Sequence record: PP601403.1
Length of the DNA stretch: 64,000 nucleotides
Direction: 5' to 3' (one strand)
A program made the translations under genes and the position numbers. The notes beneath the pieces are model-generated. The model made no database searches and was not told where the DNA came from. It saw only the letters and a program-made list of their open reading frames with translations. Shown here in pieces: positions 18,720 to 27,583 of this stretch (position 1 is the first letter of the stretch; each line of letters opens with the position of its first letter).

Positions 18720-18998
18720 ATGAACTGTAGTGTAGAATTGAAAACTATTAAAAACGATTTCTTTAATTGGCTAGAAAGCAATCTATTAAACTTTATATTC
18801 ACAGTTATAGCAGCTGGATTAGTTAGCATTTTAGCCTACTATTATGTTCCTTATCATATTGGAACTATCTACGGACCTTTCTCAATAATAGCTTTGGTTA
18901 TTCAAGGATATAAGTCTAATTATATATTTCATCCATTAATGTTTCTTATTTGGATAATCGCAGTAATTTGCGAAGTTACTAGAATCTTTATTATTTAG
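18720..18998 (+). CDS. Small membrane protein
   Basis: Three hydrophobic segments. Confidence 0.6.
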   Translation: MNCSVELKTIKNDFFNWLESNLLNFIFTVIAAGLVSILAYYYVPYHIGTIYGPFSIIALVIQGYKSNYIFHPLMFLIWIIAVICEVTRIFII

Positions 18999-19024
18999 AT
19001 TAATAACTTATAAAGGATAAAATA

Positions 19025-19699
19025 ATGGCAAAGAAGGTTTACTTGCAATATGGTTGCATGAACAGTTCTAAAACCGCTAGTTTAATTATGACTCATTTCA
19101 ATTATCGGGAACAGGGTCAGAACCCGATGATTCTAAAACCTAGTATTGATAACCGAGAAGGTACTGAACCTCTAGTAAAGTGTCGCGCCGGATTGTCAGC
19201 TAGCGCTACTATCTTCTCTCAAACAGATAACTTGTTCTTCCTAGCAGCACGACTAGCTGGAGCTAAAGACGCAGATTTCAATCGATATAACAAATTTGAA
19301 ACTGAGATTGAGTCTGAACACGAACAAAAGGTTCGCTTTGGTAAAAGCTTTGATAAGACTGTTGACTGTTTCCTAATTGATGAGATTCAGTTCCTTACCC
19401 TGGAACAAGTTAAACAACTTACTGATATTGCAGATTACCTTGACATCCCAGTAATGTGTTTTGGTCTTCGCAATGATTTCCAATCTAATCCTTTCCCTGC
19501 TTCTGCTTATCTTCAGGCTAATGCTGAGGAACTAAAAGAAACTAAAGGTATGTGTTTCTGTAAGCGTAAAGCTACGCACGTTCTTCGAGTAGATGATGAA
19601 GGTAAAGTGATTAAGGAAGGTGAACAGATCTGTGTTGGAGGAGAAGATAGATATCTTTCGGTATGTCGTTTCCATTGGAAAGCGGGAATTTATCGATAA
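19025..19699 (+). CDS. tdk: Thymidine kinase
   Basis: YGCMNSSKT P-loop, LIDEIQF, CFGLRNDF, CFC..ATH..R zinc site, YLSVCRFHW. Confidence 0.92.
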   Translation: MAKKVYLQYGCMNSSKTASLIMTHFNYREQGQNPMILKPSIDNREGTEPLVKCRAGLSASATIFSQTDNLFFLAARLAGAKDADFNRYNKFETEIESEHEQKVRFGKSFDKTVDCFLIDEIQFLTLEQVKQLTDIADYLDIPVMCFGLRNDFQSNPFPASAYLQANAEELKETKGMCFCKRKATHVLRVDDEGKVIKEGEQICVGGEDRYLSVCRFHWKAGIYR

Positions 19700-19708
19700 C
19701 ATTTAAGA

Positions 19709-19735
19709 TCCATGGATTTTCAAACCTATATTACT
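19709..19735 (+). promoter_or_regulatory. Putative early promoter
   Basis: tccatggattttcaaacctatattact. Confidence 0.7.
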
Positions 19736-19793
19736 ATAGTGATAAATAGAAGAGATGTTTTTAATCCCTTCTTTAACTTAACCAAATATAGGA

Positions 19794-20228
19794 ATGAACA
19801 TCATGAACACTGTAAACACTGAAGCTCTGAAAGCCGCTGTCAACACTTCCTCTATCCTGGGTCAAATGGATGCCGAACAGAACTCCTTTGCTCAGATGGT
19901 TGAAGTAAGTAAGAACGAAGCCCTGCTGGGTGAAAACACTAACATCGCAGCGGCGTTGGCTGGTGTCGGTTTGGCTGTTGGTTTGGAACTGGTTTCCAGC
20001 AACGGTAACAAACTCTCTGCCGCTGTAGCGGGTGTAACTGGTGGAGTTGCTGTATATGCAGCTAAAGACACGCTGCGCGGTTATCAGTCTACTGGTACTG
20101 CCGTAGTGGCTGGGCTTGTTGCTTACAAGCTGTCGGCAATGGCTGGACGTACTGTCGCTTCGTATTTCCCCGCCGTTAACACAGTAGAACGTGTCATCGA
20201 AGTTCCGGTGCAAGTTAATGCTGAGTAA
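19794..20228 (+). CDS. Gly/Ala-rich hydrophobic protein, monocistronic
   Basis: 144 aa; three G/A/V-rich helices; own promoter and UUCG terminator. Confidence 0.7.
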   Translation: MNIMNTVNTEALKAAVNTSSILGQMDAEQNSFAQMVEVSKNEALLGENTNIAAALAGVGLAVGLELVSSNGNKLSAAVAGVTGGVAVYAAKDTLRGYQSTGTAVVAGLVAYKLSAMAGRTVASYFPAVNTVERVIEVPVQVNAE

Positions 20229-20247
20229 GGATCCTTCGGGGTCCTTA
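20226..20247 (+). terminator. UUCG hairpin, probable terminator
   Basis: taaggatcc-ttcg-gggtcctta; second hairpin aaacccc-aat-ggggttt at 20252-20268. Confidence 0.6.
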
Positions 20248-20350
20248 CAATAAACCCCAATGGGGTTTATTTTTTGTTTCAAAGATACTATGAACTTGGG
20301 ATAACGTAATAGTTTCCCTCATTTTTATTTTGTTTATAAAGGATAAATTT

Positions 20351-21148
20351 ATGGCTCAGCTTATTGATCCTCGTCAGTACTTTCTGAACATTATCGCTAA
20401 ATCCCGTTTGGCTAGTGCACAACAAACAGGTGTACAACTTCAAATGGATATCGCTAAAGGTCGTTACGAAGATCTGGATATCAGTGAAGTTGTATTTGGC
20501 GAAGAACAGTTTGATCAGGAAACTGGTGAGTGGAAAGTAGACATCGCTTGTAAAGGTCGTAGCTACATGCTAGAAGGTGTTAAGTATCGTTCCGGTACTC
20601 TGGCTCCTATGATCAAAGCAAACGCTGTAGAAGCAGCTGGAGAGCTTCTGGAGATCACTACTCCAGGTTTCTATCTGTTTAATGATCAACTCTATCTCCT
20701 TGCTCACAAGACTATGGAAGTATCTGAGCTGCTCGCATGGACTGGTTATGAGATCACTGAGAAACATTACTCAGTAATTGAACATGAACAGCGTGACGAA
20801 GTTACCAAAGCTGATGCAGAAATTGATGTAGAATACAGCTTCCTTAAAGGTAAACTGTTTGTAACTTATATCGACCCCATTCCTTCTACTCCGGCAATTG
20901 ATCTTGATACTGTTGGTATGGATCACGACATTGCTAAACTGGAAGAAGCCCAGCTTGAGCATAAAGTTGAGGTTGATGATGAAGACCAACATGTTACTGA
21001 AGAAGTTGTTCAAGATGAAGTTGTATTCGAAGAACCAGTAACTGAGACAGATACCAGTGTTGTAGAAGCTGAACCTGTTCAGGAAGAGGAAGTACAAGCT
21101 CCTGTTCAACAAGTTCAAGAAAACCGTAAAGGTAACAAACGTCGCTAA
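20351..21148 (+). CDS. Hypothetical protein with acidic C-terminal tail; distant paralog of 10526-11125
   Basis: LIDPRQYFLNII...RYEDL; E/V/Q-rich tail; ATG at 20351 after AAGGA. Confidence 0.7.
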   Translation: MAQLIDPRQYFLNIIAKSRLASAQQTGVQLQMDIAKGRYEDLDISEVVFGEEQFDQETGEWKVDIACKGRSYMLEGVKYRSGTLAPMIKANAVEAAGELLEITTPGFYLFNDQLYLLAHKTMEVSELLAWTGYEITEKHYSVIEHEQRDEVTKADAEIDVEYSFLKGKLFVTYIDPIPSTPAIDLDTVGMDHDIAKLEEAQLEHKVEVDDEDQHVTEEVVQDEVVFEEPVTETDTSVVEAEPVQEEEVQAPVQQVQENRKGNKRR

Positions 21149-21160
21149 GACTTTCTAATC

Positions 21161-21190
21161 GAACCTCTTAGCCAATTGGCTAAGAGGTTC
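21161..21190. terminator. Perfect 30-bp palindrome
   Basis: gaacctcttagccaattggctaagaggttc. Confidence 0.75.
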
Positions 21191-21234
21191 ATTCCTTCTT
21201 TATAATAACGAACTTACGGGACTATTTTCTTTGT

Positions 21235-21261
21235 TCTATAATTTTTGAGATAGATATTATT
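21235..21261 (+). promoter_or_regulatory. Putative early promoter, identical to 35984-36010
   Basis: tctataatttttgagatagatattatt. Confidence 0.75.
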
Positions 21262-21315
21262 TAAGTGTTATTACGATATGATCTTCACTTAAGTATAGAA
21301 AAGAGAGAATAGAAA

Positions 21316-21963
21316 ATGATTATGATAAATGAGAAAACAATTGCAAATGCTTTAGCTTTAAGTATTAGTCAAGTAGAATATAAAGACGACCCACGTTTAT
21401 ATCTCTATGAAGTTAATCAAGTTCTTAATCGTTATAAAACTAATCTGTATAAACTAATGGATGAGTCAAAATCCAATATTGATCCTGCTACTGTTATTCA
21501 GTTTGTACTTCGTAGTTCTGTCGATATTAGTGGTCAGGGTAATGTAGTAAACCTGGTCAGAAAGAACAGTACAATGTTGAAAGTTTATGGTACACGTGCT
21601 TATGGTCCAGAGGTCTATGTGGAATATGAGCCATTCCAATGTGCTATTGACATTACAGATAAGTTTCATTCAGAAGCTTTAGCACAGATTCGTGACGATC
21701 TGTTCTTAAGAGAAACTCGTAATGAAAAATGTAATAACGCAATGTTGGAACATCCAAATATTCTAGAATCAAGAATGTCAATTGGATTTCAATTGATCAA
21801 ATCTGGTCACACTGATGGCTGTTTATCTATTCTTATGTCTGGTATTATTTACCCTGAAGAACTAGAGAAAGGACGGATGAGATGTCCTATGCAATTTGAT
21901 CCTGGTGAACCAAAACGTAATCAGAAACAACGTAAACCTGACGCTTATTACCTTACTGCTTAA
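21316..21963 (+). CDS. Hypothetical protein
   Basis: 215-aa ORF after promoter. Confidence 0.7.
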   Translation: MIMINEKTIANALALSISQVEYKDDPRLYLYEVNQVLNRYKTNLYKLMDESKSNIDPATVIQFVLRSSVDISGQGNVVNLVRKNSTMLKVYGTRAYGPEVYVEYEPFQCAIDITDKFHSEALAQIRDDLFLRETRNEKCNNAMLEHPNILESRMSIGFQLIKSGHTDGCLSILMSGIIYPEELEKGRMRCPMQFDPGEPKRNQKQRKPDAYYLTA

Positions 21964-21990
21964 TACAATAATAAAATCTAGGGATAAACA

Positions 21991-22578
21991 ATGAAGCAAG
22001 ATGTTTCTATTAAGAATACGATTACCGAATTGAGTACTGAGAACTCTGGCTTTTATGGGGTCAGGTTTGGTGCTTTGGGAGAACCTTATATTACGTTTTA
22101 CAAGGATCGATTTAACGTATTATGTTTCGATGCTAAAACGTGTAGCAAGGTATTTGGGTTTATTCATCGCACTACGGCAATTACAATTGAGATCTCTTGT
22201 CAAACTCTGAAAGTTAATTTCTTTTCTAAAGGGTCTGAGCAAGGAACAAGTTTCGCTATTGTTATTAATGACACTGATTACACAACACGCCGTATGAGCG
22301 CTTCAGACGTCCTTATTTTGATTAAGAGGGAATTGATATCTAACTGCATGGATAAGCTGTTAGAACTTCCCTCACGTCGTCGTAAGGCGTTATGTTCGAT
22401 GCTCTCGTTGATAAACGATGAACATGTTACTAAGTACAAGATAGGACCGCGATATAAACTTATCAAACATCGTGGAAGACTTAGATTGTTATTTGGTGAT
22501 AGTATCGCATCAGATGTTAACTGTATGGAAGAGTTGACTAAAGATATGTTTGTTCATCAATATCCAGCTTGTGTATAA
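21991..22578 (+). CDS. Hypothetical protein
   Basis: 195-aa ORF. Confidence 0.65.
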   Translation: MKQDVSIKNTITELSTENSGFYGVRFGALGEPYITFYKDRFNVLCFDAKTCSKVFGFIHRTTAITIEISCQTLKVNFFSKGSEQGTSFAIVINDTDYTTRRMSASDVLILIKRELISNCMDKLLELPSRRRKALCSMLSLINDEHVTKYKIGPRYKLIKHRGRLRLLFGDSIASDVNCMEELTKDMFVHQYPACV

Positions 22579-22588
22579 AGGAAATAAT

Positions 22589-22618
22589 CCCTCTACTATC
22601 CCTAGGGATAGTAGAGGG
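22589..22618. terminator. Bidirectional terminator, CTACT-family palindrome
   Basis: ccctctactatccctagggatagtagaggg between convergent genes. Confidence 0.75.
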
Positions 22619-22627
22619 TAGATTACT

Positions 22628-23263
22628 TTAAGGATTTGTTTGACCAGTAATGGTTGCTTCTAACTCTTTAATATAAGTTTGAAGTTCACTAATAGTTTTA
22701 TTAGCCTCTGCCAATTTAATCGTGTCACTAGGTTCTTCAGTGATTTGTAATTGGCGAGAACGTTCCCAGTTCTCAGCAGTTTCTCTACTAACATATCCGC
22801 GAGTCGGAATAGTACCTAAAGTAGTATTAGGTTCTTTAATTCCAACACTCTCTTTAATATAGTTATTGATATGTTCGATAGCTACATTAAGTCGATCTTT
22901 CATAGAAGGAGGGCAAGCACCTAAGCTTACGATTAAAGCTAGGTTCTCATAAATAACGCCATCTAAAAGAGGGATACTTTTAAGAAAGGTAGAGAGCACG
23001 TATACTGGACCTCTTCCTCTACTAGTTAAAGAAACTACAACTGCTTTGTTGTCAATAGCAGTTTGAATCTCTTGCTGTGTTTGTTCAGTGGTATATCCAG
23101 CTGGTTGGAACACAGTAGTGAAAAGATCTATGTTTAAAGCTTGCATCTCAGGAAGAGTTCTAACAGCTTCCACTGTATAGAAAACTTCTGGATTAACAAC
23201 TTTATCATAAGGAACATTAGCAACAAATTTACCAGCCGAACGGATAGATGGAATGTTATTCAT
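22628..23263 (-). CDS. Conserved phiKZ-like protein, probable virion component
   Basis: 211-aa ORF with C-terminal coiled coil; core-region context. Confidence 0.55.
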   Translation of the reverse strand: MNNIPSIRSAGKFVANVPYDKVVNPEVFYTVEAVRTLPEMQALNIDLFTTVFQPAGYTTEQTQQEIQTAIDNKAVVVSLTSRGRGPVYVLSTFLKSIPLLDGVIYENLALIVSLGACPPSMKDRLNVAIEHINNYIKESVGIKEPNTTLGTIPTRGYVSRETAENWERSRQLQITEEPSDTIKLAEANKTISELQTYIKELEATITGQTNP

Positions 23264-24590
23264 CGATCAACCCATCCTGTACAAATTGGTATCGTGAGAT
23301 CATAGTCAATTTAACCTTACTAGACCGTTTGCTCAAGTAAAGTCGATTGTTCTTGATAACACGTTGTATACCTTGCGGAGGGAGTGAGTTAGGAGTAACT
23401 ACTTCACCAGCTGCTAACAGCGCTTCCAGATCTTTAATGAGTAAAGCAGTTTCTTTACTCATCATTCCAGCTTGAGAATCAGAACTTGGAATGAGTTGAT
23501 AATCAGAGAAGATATTAGTCAGAAGGATTCGACCATCACTGTTGGTAGGTTTACCCACTACACCTAGTTTAGCTGATTTATACAAGTGCGGAACGATTTG
23601 TAGCGATTTTATGATGTCGCTCTGAGGATAAAAGTCCGCATACTTCTTCGGAAGCACGTCTCCACCTTGGTAGGTGAATATAGGACTGTAAGTGGATCCA
23701 AGTGCAGTTTCATTAATCAAACCCAATTCATTCCAATACGGTACTACGACAAACTCAAGTGGATTGAACAAATCAGGAATAACTTCTTCCCATTTAGTTT
23801 CAGGATACACAGAGTTAGCCAGAATTTGTTTACGAATCTCTTCGTAAGTTTCTTCTTCTGCGTCGTTAGGATTACCGTAGTAAATCACTGTCCAATACGC
23901 TGTATTCTTTTGGGGTTTATTGATCAGATCGTAAACGTCAAAAGGAAGTACAATACGACGAGTATATGGATCTTGATTACCAACCAAATCGTACACACGT
24001 TGTTCGATCTTGTCAGTGGTTTCTTCTGCTAAGCGATTTTGCACTTCTTTATAGTTGTGCTCAGCAAAGTAGTCAATACCACCAATTGGGAGGGAATGAA
24101 TTACATAGATTTCTCGGTACGGGAACTCACTTTCAAAACTACTATTTGCAAACCAGATTTTGAACTCATGAATCACACCACCTACTTCGTAAGTGAAGCT
24201 GATACTTGAGGGCAACCAGATGGCGTTGTTAGTTACCATCTTAGCCACATCTTTCCACACCCAACCCTGAGTATAGTTCGTTTGTAGAGCCTGCAAACAC
24301 GCTTGTGAGTTTTCAGACAAGTTTCCTTTCTTGGCTTCTTCATAGAGCCAATTGATCATTGTCAACACAGGGGTAGCGTGAGTGCTAGGAATTTTCTCAT
24401 AACGGACATCTGGATTTGCTTGGTTAACACCTCGGAAACCTACCAGTTGACAAGGTTGATTATTCAAGTAGTAGTAATCCGGAGACTTGGCATAGGTTTT
24501 GGTCTCGTTGGTCAACTCTCCAAGTGGAGATGTTGAACCATTGAGTACCAGTTCAGTAATAGTGGTAAAACAGCTAAAAAGAGTTGACAT
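23256..24590 (-). CDS. Probable virion structural protein
   Basis: 444-aa ORF; core-region context. Confidence 0.55.
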   Translation of the reverse strand: MSTLFSCFTTITELVLNGSTSPLGELTNETKTYAKSPDYYYLNNQPCQLVGFRGVNQANPDVRYEKIPSTHATPVLTMINWLYEEAKKGNLSENSQACLQALQTNYTQGWVWKDVAKMVTNNAIWLPSSISFTYEVGGVIHEFKIWFANSSFESEFPYREIYVIHSLPIGGIDYFAEHNYKEVQNRLAEETTDKIEQRVYDLVGNQDPYTRRIVLPFDVYDLINKPQKNTAYWTVIYYGNPNDAEEETYEEIRKQILANSVYPETKWEEVIPDLFNPLEFVVVPYWNELGLINETALGSTYSPIFTYQGGDVLPKKYADFYPQSDIIKSLQIVPHLYKSAKLGVVGKPTNSDGRILLTNIFSDYQLIPSSDSQAGMMSKETALLIKDLEALLAAGEVVTPNSLPPQGIQRVIKNNRLYLSKRSSKVKLTMISRYQFVQDGLIDE

Positions 24591-24638
24591 AGTTGACCTT
24601 TAAGCGTATAATGTTGGTAGTTAATAAAATGGTGGGCA

Positions 24639-25058
24639 GTGGCGATGCTGATTATATTGCGAGCCCTGGTCAATCGATGGATTGACCATTTGATGCATGG
24701 GACTACGGGTGAAGTCTCTTTAAAACGATTACGTCAATTGTTACTGCGTTCAATTATCATTGCGATAAGTGCAATCACCTTTAGTATAGGATTGACGGTA
24801 CGATCTCTCATTTGGTATTTGGATTCCAGAACAATGGAACAGTCTATCAGGAAGATTGACGTACATCTTGTTCAACAACAAGAGAACATCAATGACCTGT
24901 TTCGTATTAACAGTGAACAACACAAAGCAAGTGTCAGACTTACGTCTGAGAACATTGAGTTGAAAAACGACGTGTTCACACTGCTTCGTAAGAACAAACA
25001 ACTCACCCAAGAAGTAAAAAAGCTAAGGGAAGAGTTGATTGATCAAACCAAAACTTAA
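24639..25058 (+). CDS. Membrane-anchored coiled-coil protein
   Basis: One TM segment followed by a heptad-rich C-terminus. Confidence 0.55.
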   Translation: MAMLIILRALVNRWIDHLMHGTTGEVSLKRLRQLLLRSIIIAISAITFSIGLTVRSLIWYLDSRTMEQSIRKIDVHLVQQQENINDLFRINSEQHKASVRLTSENIELKNDVFTLLRKNKQLTQEVKKLREELIDQTKT

Positions 25059-25124
25059 GAGAGGTGATTTAAGACTACACTTGCCATCAGTTGTCTAAAA
25101 GTAAACCAACGTACAGGGAACATT

Positions 25125-26549
25125 ATGAATATCGTTTATTATCTTGTCAGCTCATTAGTAAAAGATAAAAACGTAGGACTCTCTGGTGGTCATGGTTATA
25201 CCTACGATCAAACTAAAGAGAGTTCCCGTAAGCTGATAAAAGACACTCCATCCGGTTACGGTTACTTTGTGAATGGGAGTTATCAAAGTATCCCCGTTGA
25301 ACAAGTAATGATATTGAATGGTCGTGGTCTTCGACAGGAGACTGATGTAGATGCATTCTTAGCTCATTTGATTGATCTGCTGGAATATGCAGAACGAGAA
25401 AACGCTGAGAAAGTATTGATCATTCACGATAGTGTCAATGGTCAGAAACTCTTGGAAAATAATAAAGTATCTGAAAAGTTTGCTGATAATAACTATGTAA
25501 AGAGAGCGCGTGAACTTTACAGCAAACTTAAAGGTAAGATTATCTTTGACCTTGAGTATTACGCTAAAGGTGGGGAAGGTCCGAAACAAGCTCACAAACA
25601 GATGGAACTTGCTCAAGCAATGTTGGAACTACCCATTGGGGAACCAGTGAGTATTGATATTGTTACTGTAAAAGAGTATAAGAATCCTGAGAACGATTTT
25701 AACAAGGTGGTTACAGCGTCCCGTTGGTTCTTTAATACTGGTGACAAATCAGAGTTTTATAACATTGATGAAAACGGTTATCGTCGGTATGAGTTTGGTC
25801 GGATAGATCCTCAGAAAGCGTATTATGGTAAAGCTACTCCTGATGTCTTTTATTCAGCACTGTTTACCAAAACCCCGATTGTTATTTTAGATAAGTTGTA
25901 CGACTTCTGTAAAGCAGTTAAACCTAATCCGTTGAATCTGTTAGCAGCCGCTGATGTTGGAATGGTTAAGTCCAAGGAAATTAGCCGAGTAATCGATACT
26001 ATCCCTGGAACGTTGACTAAGAACGATCTGAAAGCATCTATGAGCATTGCTGGTGTCACAGATCCTGTATTGGTTAACTTCATTGATCCTCCTGGCTTGA
26101 GTTATCGAATTAAAGATTTCCAATATAAGTTGAAAATGCTTCATTCGTACTTTATGCGCAGGGATGAGAATAACCAATTCCAGAAACAACATTTCTTGGA
26201 TATCACTGATAAGTTCTTTGAACAAGATGCTAAAGGTAAATGGAAGATTCATTCTGACTTTACTAATAACACCTTGACTGTACCTATCATGATTGATGCT
26301 CCAGGTTGTGTGAAACAAGTTAAGATCAATTTGGCTATTCGTTATGACATTCCAGAACGTAACGCTTTGAACAGTATTATCAATAATAAGATAACTGATT
26401 TCAAAGTGTGGATTGGATTGGACTTTAACGATGACGCTGGTGTGATGTATTACACTGTGATTCAAACACCCGATTTCAACTTGGTACACTGTAACTCATG
26501 TGCTTCTCTTCGAGTGTACAACTTGAAAGAGTTGGGAAAAGCTAAGTAA
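25125..26549 (+). CDS. RNase H-like protein of phiKZ-like phages, possibly degenerate
   Basis: GGHGYTY strand and HDS motif resemble the jumbo-phage RNase HI fold; the first catalytic Asp appears absent. Confidence 0.45.
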   Translation: MNIVYYLVSSLVKDKNVGLSGGHGYTYDQTKESSRKLIKDTPSGYGYFVNGSYQSIPVEQVMILNGRGLRQETDVDAFLAHLIDLLEYAERENAEKVLIIHDSVNGQKLLENNKVSEKFADNNYVKRARELYSKLKGKIIFDLEYYAKGGEGPKQAHKQMELAQAMLELPIGEPVSIDIVTVKEYKNPENDFNKVVTASRWFFNTGDKSEFYNIDENGYRRYEFGRIDPQKAYYGKATPDVFYSALFTKTPIVILDKLYDFCKAVKPNPLNLLAAADVGMVKSKEISRVIDTIPGTLTKNDLKASMSIAGVTDPVLVNFIDPPGLSYRIKDFQYKLKMLHSYFMRRDENNQFQKQHFLDITDKFFEQDAKGKWKIHSDFTNNTLTVPIMIDAPGCVKQVKINLAIRYDIPERNALNSIINNKITDFKVWIGLDFNDDAGVMYYTVIQTPDFNLVHCNSCASLRVYNLKELGKAK

Positions 26550-26563
26550 CAATATGATGAATG

Positions 26564-26592
26564 ACCTCTACTCTCCATTGGAGAGTAGAGGT
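26564..26592. terminator. Bidirectional terminator, CTACTCTCC family
   Basis: acctctactctcc-att-ggagagtagaggt. Confidence 0.75.
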
Positions 26593-26614
26593 TTACTTTA
26601 TGTTTGTTTATTTC

Positions 26615-27571
26615 TTACCAGTTAACTTCTTTGATGTTGTCGTTAGTCATAACAGTGTCAAAGACACTTTGATCTTCGCTCAGTACGGCAATAGAAACAC
26701 TACCAAAGATCTCTGCAATTTTACCAATGGTCTTGTTGCAACTCTTGATGCAGTTAGCAGTGTGACTAGAAAGGTTAGCCAGATAGTTAGTTACTTTCTT
26801 GGAGTAACGATGGTCTTGCTCGTTCTCAGCTTTGCCTTCTGCAAGTTTCTTAGTTTGTTCGTTAGACTTCTCAAGAGCAGGAGTAACTTTAGCTTGCAAG
26901 GATTTGAAAGCAGAACGCAGTTCAGCGATCTTGGCACACAGAGCCGCCGCTTCAGTCAAAGATTTAACATCTGCTTCTACTTTCTTACCAACCAGCTTAC
27001 CCATATCCTGATAAAGAGTGTTGATTTTACTAAGGTCAGAAGAGAAATCAGGGAAGTCTGCTTTGATTTTCTCAGCAGTTCCTTTGATATCTTTCATAAG
27101 CCCATCTTTATCGATCAAATAGACATCGTTCATCTTACGAAGACCGACTGTATGGACAACTGTCTCTGGATCGAGCTTAGCAACGTGAGTTTTCAGTTTA
27201 GCTTCGGCTTTCTCACGTTCTTCTGGGGACATTGCAGCCAGAGCTTTATTAACCTTACCAGGGAGTTCATTAGCTGCCTTTACAGTTTTAGCTACCTGTT
27301 GATCTTGCTTAGCGCCAGCCGCTCCAAAGAAGAACTCTTTGACAGATTTGAGCCAAGATTTAATCATCTCGTAGAACTTGACAGCGCCATCTTTGATGGT
27401 CTGAACGAAACCTTCATTACCAGCGTACTGATTAAAGGAAACGCCGTTCAAAGACAAGCAGGTACGAGTGTAAGCGGCGTTACCATCTTTAGCATTGATG
27501 TCGTTATCGAGTGATTCAAAACCAGCCAGCAGACTTTGGAAATGTTCTACATCAGAAACAAAAACGTTCAT
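26615..27571 (-). CDS. Internal head protein (paralog family with G-x-E processing sites)
   Basis: LAGFESL and YAGNEGFVQTIK; similar to 54966-55949. Confidence 0.65.
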   Translation of the reverse strand: MNVFVSDVEHFQSLLAGFESLDNDINAKDGNAAYTRTCLSLNGVSFNQYAGNEGFVQTIKDGAVKFYEMIKSWLKSVKEFFFGAAGAKQDQQVAKTVKAANELPGKVNKALAAMSPEEREKAEAKLKTHVAKLDPETVVHTVGLRKMNDVYLIDKDGLMKDIKGTAEKIKADFPDFSSDLSKINTLYQDMGKLVGKKVEADVKSLTEAAALCAKIAELRSAFKSLQAKVTPALEKSNEQTKKLAEGKAENEQDHRYSKKVTNYLANLSSHTANCIKSCNKTIGKIAEIFGSVSIAVLSEDQSVFDTVMTNDNIKEVNW

Positions 27572-27583
27572 AAATACAGTCCT

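Noticed and set aside
20930-21148. Acidic E/V/Q repeats as a tandem repeat array
   Set aside because: Low-complexity protein tail without regular nucleotide periodicity
26561-27514. 317-aa antisense ORF opposite the head-protein gene
   Set aside because: Mirror of a codon-biased gene; F/S/L-rich, no RBS, and it starts inside a terminator hairpin
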